Assembly: GCA_002633005.1 (NCBI GenBank)
Contig: NMRA01000408.1
Coordinates: 62,001-126,000 of the forward strand
DNA length: 64,000 nucleotides
From: Phoronis australis
Taxonomy: Eukaryota > Animalia > Phoronida
Direction: 5' to 3'
A model generated the notes under the pieces. The model made no database searches. It was not told the origin of the DNA and saw nothing but the letters and a program-made list of their open reading frames with translations. Positions 41,201 through 53,200 of the stretch are shown one piece after another. Each line of letters starts with the position of its first letter. Within the stretch, counting starts at the first letter, position 1. The position numbers and the translations under genes are program-made.

Positions 41201-44200
41201 CAGGATTTGAACCAAAGTCTCCCAAGCGGGACACCACAGCTCTAACCACTGAGCTACAGTGTCTAACAGAGGTGATGATGACGCGAACAATAATGACTCC
41301 CGCGATGACGACGATGATAAATATGATTATGATGATGGTGGTGACGGTGAAGATGTTACTTAAGAGAGTAGTTTCGACAACACCAAAATAAAATGGGCAC
41401 CACACTGGACAACAGTTTAAATACACATCCCATACGTCTAAATTATTATTGTGTCAAACCTACTGCACAAGCAGCAGAAAACAATGCTGAGAGGAAACCA
41501 GTGAAAGGAGCCAAGTGTTTTCAAACACATTCAAGTGGTTTAATCGTTTGACATGTTATGACAAGCCAGCGCACTCTACAGGCCTGTGTCGACATGCCTT
41601 CAGGCAGCAAGGCTGGTTTGGCTTTCACTCACATTCATTCATAAAAACGCTAAGTTTTGTTTATCAAGAAAACACCGCGTAAGTAGGACATAATGAACTA
41701 ATTTTGGTCTTCCAATTCAACTTGTAAATCATCATTACCGGCAGTTATAGGAGTAGAGTTAGGACAAGAAGACGTTTGTGCCTCACGGCAGATAGGCGCA
41801 AAAAAGTTACGGGCATAAATGTCAACTAGCCAGGGCCTCTACACCAGCCACTTAAGGAGTTTAACAAATCTTTAGTTCCACAGGTATTAATCAACACTAA
41901 TGTTTTTGTAACATTTTGTAATGAAGCAGGCTTTGGAATTACTTTCAAAACATGGGAGCAAATTTTAGCTGGTAGGTTTTGAAGTTAGGGAGAAAATCAA
42001 AACGTCAATAAGCAACAAGAATTGCTTTTTTAAATATTTGTTCTAACATCTATCTTCTTTCTAATTGTTTTGCTTCTTCTGCACTATCCTGGACACTATT
42101 GCCTCCTAAAATGAATTTGTGAAACAAGACACGAGTGTACAGCAATACTTTTTTGGGGAGGCTGATCAAATGAATGAACAGCACGGGCCATCATTCTCCA
42201 AATTTGAAAACATAACGCTGGAGGTCACAACAAAATGTTTACAGCATCATTCCGATAATTGACAAAATAAGGCTGATTTACTGAAGAAAAGTTTAACAAA
42301 AAATTATATTCATTCCTACAGCTAAACAAGTATCTGAAATGAACTTTGAGCATTGAGTACTTTTTCTTTTCATGGTGAAAATTCTTTCGGCACAGAGTTC
42401 CTCAGTCAATGAGAAAAAGGTTGTCAAAAAGGGGAAAGATTGGTCTTTGTTTACGAATTAAGAAAATCACAAGCACTATCAAGTGTAAGAATGTAAACAT
42501 TGGTGCATGTTCTTATTTGGTTGAGACTTATGTAATACCCAAACTCAAGTGACTCATTTTGAACGCACAAAAACTTGTGTCTTTGGAAGCATTTAGAGGT
42601 CAAAATACAAAATCCCGACACATTTAGGGTTTTAGCTAATTTCACACACTGTAATAATTATATACACTTCTCCAACATAGTGTTAGCACAATAATTAGAG
42701 AAAAGTATTTTGGAGACATGTGAAGACAAAAATAATAACTGGAATGTGCAGAGGTCATCAAATCTGACAAACATAACATAAGTCATCTTCCCAAAGTTAA
42801 GGTCTCCGAGCAGGTTGCCCTAAATCTAATTTTAGTGTTTTATGTTATGTAGCCTACAACTGACATCTCTAAAAAATAATAAGAGGATATGCATATACTG
42901 TTGGTACCATGGCTACACTGGATGTCAGTTCAGTTCTGAATCAATAACTTAAACATAACAAGACAGCGTTAGTAACAATTACCACCAGGCAAATTGTTGA
43001 TTCAATACTGGTTAACATAACAACTGCACTGATGGCTTAGGGATCTGGAACCAGCGGATGTTGAACAGACTGAAAACAGGCTACTGCTGAAAAAAAACAA
43101 CAAACCACGGGTCACTGGCAAACACTTGAACTACCCAGCCGATCACATCTGGGGATCTAGTGGAAAATGACAAGTCTGACAACATAAGTTGTATGTTTTT
43201 GGATGGCTGCAAACACAAACAGGCTTAAATAGCATGTTGAGTGTTTTATAGCAGGACAGGGTGGGCATGTCATCTTTGAATTATAGGTGGGTGACATTCA
43301 GTTATCAAACAACAATACACAAAAGGGGGCGTTGACGAACTTTCGTGCTGTCTCATCTCGCATCTTGGGTTTAATATAAAGAAACTGACTTTCTTAAAAA
43401 TAACTGTGAGTTTTCTAATTTGATAAGACAGTCTGGATCAGACAAAATGAAAATAGTGCTGCGGAAACATGACCGACAACTGACATCAGCGTATCTATTC
43501 CTGGACACGCACACGTCTCAGCTGTGGAGAGGGTGTTTCCATTTCACCATGTCATATGCTGGTCACTTGTGACTAGATTGGTGGTAAGAGCAATCTAAAA
43601 ATGAGACTTTAACTGTCGGCACTCGGCGAAGTAAACCATACAACCACCTGGTCACTTATTGACCAAAATTATGTCAAAACTTTTACCATTCGGATACCTT
43701 TTTCTCAAATATGGAAGAAATTTGCGCACTATTTCACAAAACTTTAATCTCATCTTAAATTTTGATATTTAGCACAAACACAACAGATGTCACAACTGTT
43801 ATCAAACGATACAATCCTGAGGCTATTAACGCTGAACGTGTAAAATACCCTGCCATGCACTTAACATCTATTCTATATTCAAAGAGTAAACCAGCAACGG
43901 TTCTGTTGGTGTGTTGTACATCATTGCTTCCTGTTTTGACTGAGACCACTTAAACCAGCAGCTGACTGATAGGTGGTGGTTCACACCCCTTAGACAAATC
44001 AGTCCACTTAGACACCCTAATTGTTCAAACTCTTTCAGCTGGAGTCCCTAAAATTTAACACAGACTAAAAGGTACTGAAAGTCCTTTCAACTTAAGTTCC
44101 GCAAAGTAGTGAATTTCAAACATAAATATGAATCCATCGACTTCGAAGACAAATGGCAGTTAATACTTTGTATTTGAATTTTAAGAAATATGATAATGGT

Positions 44201-47200
44201 TTTGAAACAAAAAATGTTTAGTGTTGGACACTCTACTACAGATGATGGACAGATGAAGAGGGGACATGGATGCTTGAACAAAATCTCACGCACCACAAAT
44301 GAATCTTCCTTGTCATCCACATTAGTCTAATCTTCAATGAGCAATCCCTATACATTCTTGAACAGTAGATTGATTTGTAAGGAGGCAATTTTGCATCCTG
44401 GGCCGTTTTCTCACATTGAGAAATCCCCAACGAAACTAAACACAAGAGTTACTGAAATTCACTTTACCCATTTAATAAGTTTTCATCCATTTCACGGAAA
44501 TTGTAGAACCCACCAAACAATCATAGTGCACTTGTTCACTTTGTACGCAACGCAAAAACAGGAACAAGAGCAACGCGGCGCGTTAACATGCGGCCACCAT
44601 GTGCATCGCCTAAAACACTGATACAAGGGAGCACTGCTACTAAATTTAAAAAAGCCTCTAGGGGGTGCATAGCAAGTTAACAATGCTCTCCCCAACAGAC
44701 ACACCAGCCAAGATCATAAAAAAACAAAACAGGCACTAGGGCGCACAGCAGTATGGTGAGATACATCCAAAAGTAGTCAAATATTCGAAAATAATAAAAA
44801 TGGCCACTAGGAGGTATGCACTATATCATCTAAAAATGGGAAGGTGCCATCGCCCTTTCAATAGAACCCTATTAGCCAAATTTCATAAAAATATGTCAAG
44901 AAACTCCAAAGACAGAGGACAATGAGAATAATTAAAGGTGCCACTAGAGGTCACAGCCATCCTAAAGAGTCATTATCCCTTGTTACCTTCCTACAAATAC
45001 ACTAGCTTTAATATGGATCCCGCAGAGAGCGCAGGAGATAAAGCCATGGACGCAACCAACAAACTGCCACTAGGAGGCGCCACAGTAGTTGGAACTGTCC
45101 AAACATCATTGCCAGCCATTTTCTTCCCAATAGCACCATATATGTCAATTTTCATAATCACCCTTAGAATAGTTTGAGTGATAAGGGGGGGAGGGAATGG
45201 CAAAAACAAATCAAAATAATGAAAATGGACACTAGGTGGTGTGCACTACATCAAATCCATCTGAAAATGGGAAGATGTCATTGCCTCTTTCATAAAAACT
45301 TATACACCAAATTTCATAAAAGTCTGTCAAGGATCTTCGAACTTCAAAGAGAAAGAGGAAAAAGAGAAAATTAATGCTACTAAGGGACGCAGCAATAGTC
45401 GTATCAGTCCTAAAGTTGTTGTCAACTTTGTATAAATACACTAGCCAAACTTAATAAAGATCCTGCAGAGGTTTTAGGAGAAACAGCCATGCACCCAAAA
45501 CACAGCCAAAGTAGTCGGAGCCATCCGAAAATCATCCTCGGCCGTCCTTTTCATAATAGGAACATACATGCCATCCTTAGAGTGGTTTGGTTGAAAAAGG
45601 GTCGGATGCCAAAAAACAGATCCGAAAACAATGAAAATGGCCACTAGGAGGACGCAAAATATCTCAAACCCATTTGAAAACAGGAAGGTGGCATCATCTC
45701 ATGAATACATACATATTAGCCAAATTCTACGAAAATCCGTTCAGGAATATCAAAGATACAAAGGCAAATGTAAAAAACTATAACTGCCACTAGAGGGCAC
45801 AACAGTAGTTGTATCCATCCCAAAATTCGCATACACCATCCCATCCATGAAAGGAACATATCTGCAAAATTTTATGAACATGCATCGAAGGGTTTTGGAG
45901 ATAAAGCAGCAGATGCCCGACAGACGTCAGACAGACAATGGACATATGCCAGACGGACAGCGATGACGGCATAACGTGCCCACATATAAATGATTTCACT
46001 TTACCAACTGCAACATAGTTTTGACAAAGGATTTGATTTGCAGAGTTTATTCACTAAGTGAAAATGTATGAACGACCACAACATGACACAGAGTAGGCAG
46101 CTACTGCAGGCATGATAAGTGAAGCAACATTAATACTTATGGCTACCCACAGGCCATTACACACCATTAGATCAAGGGAATGCATTAAGCTGAAAATGCC
46201 ATGGCAACCCACTGCAGTTGGTAAACTGACCGGAATTACCATGGCAACCGCCTACCTCAGGTTCAAGCTACAATAAATAAATGATTAATGATTTTAGACA
46301 TCTTTCCTATTAAATGCATACCATCCTCAGCGACACGCTAAACGTACAGGTATGAAAGTATCAACTGTAACTCTAATTTTCACTAAAAACAGGCAACTAA
46401 AACAAAGGCTACCCAGCTTGACATTCTAAATAACAAACATCAGAACACCATGTCATAAGGACAGCAGCTATGGCCAATGAACAGCTGAACAGTTTTCAGT
46501 CAGAAATTCATGGATAAAAAACAAATGGTGTTTCACTATACCATACCAAAATTGGGAATACTTTTCAAAAGTTTGGGATATTAACTCGGGAGTTTTACCC
46601 ATGACACAGTGCTTAGCTTTTAGATTGGAATTTGAGTCGTAACAGTATAAACAGTACCAAGTGCGATTTTATTAGACTTCAGCTGTTACAAAATATACTT
46701 CATTAGATTTATTTTTTCTTCTAATCAACATGGAGATTATGAACGCTTCATCAGTTTGATGACGCAGGTTAACCATGGCACCAAATGCGTAAAAGACCAG
46801 ATTGAACCAGCCCACTGGTCTATAGGCTGAACTCATATTTGGCACTGACTAACGAGCCTGTAGGCAGACAGATAGATGTGCTTTAATTATCTAATTGCAT
46901 TTCCTGTGTCTGACAACGGCATTAATAGCCAGGCGTGGTCATCTGAGGTCAGTTGGAGGATGTGCACCAGAGCCTGTCAGGCGGTCAGCCACTAGGAGGC
47001 AGCACAGTTTATACCCTGCCTTGAGCACAGGTGATGATGTAAGCAGACTTTTTAGGACACTCAATTTTTTTGCTTATATAGAACACAAAACAAGCATCTA
47101 TCACATATTTAAAAGTCAATTTGTTACTGTCGATGATACACGTAGTTAAATTATTTAAAATATGCAATTTCAAAAATTTGAGTCAGCGTATGGCCTTATT

Positions 47201-50200
47201 AGTGATTTTTTTGTTTGCCATCCAAAAATCCAATGCTTTTTCATTATTTTGTGTTACTTTGAGAAAAATGGTGTTACTTTGAAAGAACACAATTTGGAAG
47301 GATACTTTATCTAATTCGATTAAAATAAAATGAAAGAAACTCTCTTTGAATAACACTTATTACGTATAGACAGAATATTAAGAAACAAGAACTTACAGTT
47401 TGACTTTTCTCCAAAATATAAAGAGTGTAAACCCAAGAGACGATTCGCAAGAGATACAGCAGCAGGAGTTGAATTTGAAATTAAAACTCCACGCATTCAT
47501 AGTTTCTGTGAAAACCACGTATCTCGCACAAAATTATACGAGGAAGGAAAAACAAGCCAGAGACTACCAACGAGCCAATAACCAATCACTGCCTGTCTTA
47601 ATCACGTCATTCTTTCATTGTCGTAAATACTCTCATTGTCTAGAGTCATCTCTTTATTTATTTCATCTCTCTTAGTTAAATTTTCACCATTCTTTGTCAT
47701 TTATTTATTGTCTTAATTCTCAACCTGTTTTAATTGTATCTTTGTTACGTATATTTAATGGTTGTTTTATTACTTCATTGTATTATATTATAAAATTGTT
47801 TTTTTGTTGTTGAGGGCCCTCTTGGAAAGCATTGCTATCACTGAAGAGGTACCCTCATTCCAAATATCACAATGAATAAATAAATAAATAAACAAGCAAG
47901 TGCTATTAACTGTTCAGTTAAGACAACTGCAATCATAACTGGTTTGTTATTTGTGAATGCTGTTGAAGCTAATCAAAAAGAAGACACTAGGCTAAAATAT
48001 TCAAGATCAAGGCATAGTGCCAACAGTGACTCATACATTTCAAAGACTTAGAGTGCACCATGCCACCAGGTTTTCTTGGACTATCGCCAAAGGGCCATTC
48101 AACAAGCCAGTCATTGTAAATCATTGGTAAGAGCTAAGAAATTTGTGCATATCTGAAACAAAAATTCACCATTTATTTCCTTCCAGTACCTAACCAACTT
48201 CAACAGGCACGCATTAGACTGACACTCACCTCCGTGGATGGCACACAGAGGGCGCTCCTACCCCAATCACGCAGGCAGGCATTACAGTTGATTGGCACAC
48301 ACCGTCCTGAACGGCACGTTGAGGAATCATTCATCCCTCATCGTGCAGGCAGGCATACCACTTGATTGATATTCACATCCCCTCACTGCACACAGAGGGC
48401 TGGTAATTCCCTGATCAAGCCTACAGGCATTCAATTTGATTGATACTCACCTCCTTTGACGGCACACAGAGGGGTGTTCCCTCCCTGATCACGCCCGCCT
48501 CTATCGACACGCCCACCACAATGGGGTCACGCGAGTTGAATATACAGTTGGGAAGTATACGCAGCTTGCACGGGAACACAGCGATGTGTTTGAACTCTTC
48601 TTTTTTACGTGCCTTCAGCTCATCTTGGTAATTTGTGAACTGGTCGAACAGATGGTAGATGATGTCTGCCGTGAAGATAGTGACGCCCAGACTGTCTGCA
48701 AGCTCCTGTGCCTCACGCTCTACCTTGACGTCGAAAGCCAGGATGACAGCATATCTGGCAACGAATGGCCAAATGTCAGTATTGTAATGTACAGACGTCC
48801 ATGAAATACCAAAGGCATGTATATTCGCGAGAACGACTGCATTCAGTCCAAAGAAGGGATACAGGGAAACATTCATCATGTATTATTACAAGGTACAAAA
48901 TACCTTTATCCCTGTCTACTGATCACTTCATCATAGGAAGGCTGGTGGAGAATGTACATAGATCCAACTTGATAAATGTCATAGCTACTTGAACACCCAG
49001 CTCTGTGATAGTGCACTATGTGCAAGTTCCATTTGAGCAGTTATCACATTTGTCTAAAACAGCTCAAAAAAGTAACTCGCAGTGATAGTCTGTTAGAAAA
49101 AATGTAAAATGTGTTAATCAAACGTGTACAAAAGACGAGAAACAGAGCACAGTATTTGCCATTCCACATACAAACCAAATGCGCCTCAGAAGCCCCAATA
49201 TTTAAGCGTTGGGCGTAATTATTGAATTCAATGAAACTGTGAAAGTATGAAGTTAATCCCTAGGACAATACTCACTGAGACTCGTGTTCCAACATGACTG
49301 AAGCCTTCATTACATCCTTCTTGTGCACTGGGCCAATGTTGATGCCAGCATACTGCAATGGAGGAAGTGAATCAATTACTGGTTTTCAAGTGAGGAGAGT
49401 CACTTCCTAACAGACAGACAAATAAGTTTTGTAAGTTAATGTTCACTTTAAAGCCTAACTTCAACGGAATTGTATTATTTTAACCAGATAGTCCTAGTAA
49501 AGACTTAGCAAAATAAGAAAACGCGAGTTTAAGCATTCAAATGTAGGCCCTTCACACAACAAGAAGTTGCCTTTTCAAGCCATATTGTGTCACCGCAAGA
49601 TCCCAGCACAAACAACAAAAGGCCAAAAACAGGTTTACTGAATTCAGGTCTGAATAGAACACCACTGTGTGCGGGTGTTATTCGCAGCTGTTTGAATTAA
49701 AAGGTGATTCTCGCGATGACAAAAGCAAGCCAATATGCCTAACAATTCATTACATTTGGCAATTTATGGCACTAGTGGGCTCAGAGCGATCCTCTTAACA
49801 GACTGTAGGGAACCAAATTTACTGGTGTTACCGTTCAAGATAGTCTTTACCATAGTTACAACATGAGTGAATACAGTGTGGGTAAATTGACACTAACTGA
49901 GCTGAAAACTAAAAATAAAACTAAAAACAACAGAACAAACACCACACTCAGAAATTATTTCTCAAAAACACTTTGATACAATTATCTACATGATCTATGA
50001 GCACTCTATTTTTGAATCACGGAATCACTCTGCCCTGTCAACAATTGTATACATGAGTGACACAATTCTTGAGTTATTTTGTACCACAACTTTAAAACGA
50101 CTCATACCGGAATCTTTGAAGTCCTGAGGAATTCCAACAAAGCCTCTAAAGAGCCTAGTGTAGAGGCCTGCACATAGACCCCGTTGGGAGTTAACTTTAT

Positions 50201-53200
50201 TGAGCTCAAGGCGTCCTTTAGACTCTGGGTTAACTCTTCCTGTAAACCGAAACACTTTTCATGATTAAAGTGTCGACGAGTTTTGTAGGTGCTCAGTCAC
50301 TTTAAGAAGGGTTCACACTCAAAAGGTAGTCAAAACCAAAAGCTAATCTTCAAAGAGCTAGTGTTGATTATATGATTATGTATAACGGACCTATCAGACA
50401 CTGCATTCTATTGGGATGTAATTAGACATTATATTTCTTGAATGCAGCCTCAAACCAATTAAAATTCTAGAACGACCAAAACAATGGTTACCTTTCACAA
50501 TCCTGAAACAAGCGCAAAGTAATAACAGGAGTACGCTCAGTAATGGTAATAGCTCCCGAGTGAAAGTGAGCGAGACGCCTAGTTTCTTTTACAATGCATG
50601 GCAATATGTCACAGACTTACACCGTCACGGCAAACACACAAGACACTAGTCCTACCGAATGCACCTCAGATAATTGCAAGCCTTACAGTGTTCTACTTCA
50701 CCCCGTTTCGATGCCACACTTAAAAACAGGCCAGTCAAACCCTTCCAAAACAATACATACATAACAGTGTAATCCCCAGCATGTAGTAATCAACCTCACT
50801 CTGGTTGGATGTCACATACAAGGACAGGCCAGTCAGACCTTCGCATGCAGTACATAAAGAGAAGAGTACAGGTAATGCCTACCTTGTAGTACTCAACCTC
50901 GTCCTGATTGGCCGCCACATACATAGGTAAGCCCGCTAGAGCCTTCTCCAAGTCTTTGGCTATCAGCTTCACCCCCTGGGCTGCTCGTACCTCTTTATGC
51001 TTCTCATACGCATTCTGTAAGACGCAGCAAGCAGTGTCCTCATCTTGGTTATTGACGACTAGCTGACAACATTATATAGCACAGAACAATGAATTTTGCA
51101 GATGTCAGCAATCGACAGTCAGTTTTCAGGACCATCTCGGAGTGTTCCCATTTGGGAATAAAGGACCACCTCTGTGTGTTCCCTTTGGGAATATCCTACC
51201 CTTCAAGTGATGCATTGTGCTTCAAAAACACCACTTCTCATCCTATTTATTGAGTAAGAACCACTACAACTGTTGAAACATTGACTCAATTGATGACTTG
51301 AAGTACCCACTGGCTGCATTCAGACCTCAACCATGCCTCAGGTCCAAGTGTTCCCATCCACAATTCAGCTACTTTTGTCTTACAGCAGTGTAGGTATTTA
51401 AAATGCCCCCTATGTCTACTTAGTGCCAGACATGTCTCATGATCCCAGATCCGTGCTGGCTCAACATGAAAGTTAGTGGCAGTTCAATTAACACATTACC
51501 TTCACTCTAAGCTCTTTCATGGGCTGGGGCATCAACAGACCCCTGACCTGGGTGACAATAGGCCCCTCGGTACCCGGCACCACAATGAGGTCACTTTCAC
51601 GCAGAGCACCATTAACCAGAATCACATCTACTGTGGTACCAAGGCCATGCAAAGCTTTCACCTGAAACAGACAATGGTACTGGATGGGACTGTTTTACTA
51701 AAGGTCTTATGATATCTTCTACGATGTATTTAAAACAGGTGTGCATTCAGTAATGCAACGACCTACGCTTGGACTTAGCGAAAATCTAGACAAAGTCGCG
51801 TGTTCGGATTTAAAGTACACGGCAATATCTCACGTAACCTCGCGAAGTCTTGGTTTTTAGCGAGGTCCTAGCGTTACTGAACAGGAGGCAGCTCTTGATA
51901 ATACCCAGCTCAATATACTTGTGTTCTGTTGATGACATCACACCAACATGTAGTTTGGGCAACTACAGTTCTACAGTTACTTATCAAATGCATCAACTTC
52001 AAACTTTCACTGGAGGGTCTTTAAAAATTTTAGACCATTGATAGATAGGATTTTTTAAAACTAGATTGTGTTTATGACTAACTTGTACACGCTTTCTGAA
52101 GCCCACATCTGAAATACCGAAAACACAAAAACATCACTTATGAGTTCTATCCCACACACATAATACAAGTGTGCAAAAGTAGAGAAGCGAACACCCCTTA
52201 TTTCCCAGCCAAAATTATTTCTTCTGACAAATACCAAATCTAAAACCAAACTCTATGATTGTCACACTAGTTAGAGGCTGGGATTTGCACACGCAATTTC
52301 GCTTTGAAATCTCAATGTAGAGATTGTGTAGGTACAACTTAAATAGGAAATTGCATGCTTATATGTCGATGACTTGTATCCATGATTATTTGGCCAAATC
52401 AGTTAAAAAACAATGNTTGCTACGATGTTAACAGAAAGTGGCGTTTAAGTTGCTAAAGGTGGCAGAAATGATCTGCCACAAATCACCGACATGTGTGCAA
52501 TAAGTACTGTGACGTAGATTTCAGGAATAACACTATATGAAGAGAGCGATATTTTAACACTAGGTATATCTTGAGCTCGAAGGTCATAGGTTCACGAATT
52601 CTTGCTATAACTTGGACACAGTAAGAAACGTGCAAGTACCGTACTATTTCTACTGTAACCCCATCCAACTCTACTTACCTCCATGACTGTAGCTTCCAGG
52701 GTTTCTACATACGCCAGTCGTTTGGCCAACATTGTTTGCGTCAGTTCACAGATCAAGGCCATAAGACTTCCCATGCCGTCACCAGAGTGCGCCGACGTGG
52801 GCACCAGTGACACGTACTCTCTGACGTTCTTGTTCTCGTAGAACAGAGCAGCATTCAAGCCCTGTTGGTTTAGATAGGAACAATGAAAGGTAATCCAGCT
52901 AAGGTTTAGCATACCGGACTAGATCAATATGGTGGAAAGATTTCGCAATAATTGAAAAATTACGTAATCTAGCTGTGACCTTATGTTCTATTTAATAACC
53001 AAGTCCAATATATCTGACATCACATCAAATGCCCAAGGAGAAGCCAGACGTCAACATGACTTGCCAGTGACTGCGGTCTGTGTTGTGTGATATCCCTTAC
53101 ACTGTAACTTTTAGTAAAATTAACAAAATGTATTCATAATGTTATGCACACTGACAAAGACAGTACGTACAAGCACCATTTTCGAATTCCCGATTCTAGA

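Noticed and set aside
41195-41263. Functional tRNA gene
   Set aside because: A and B boxes are present, but acceptor and anticodon stems do not pair convincingly and it continues into a SINE-like body.
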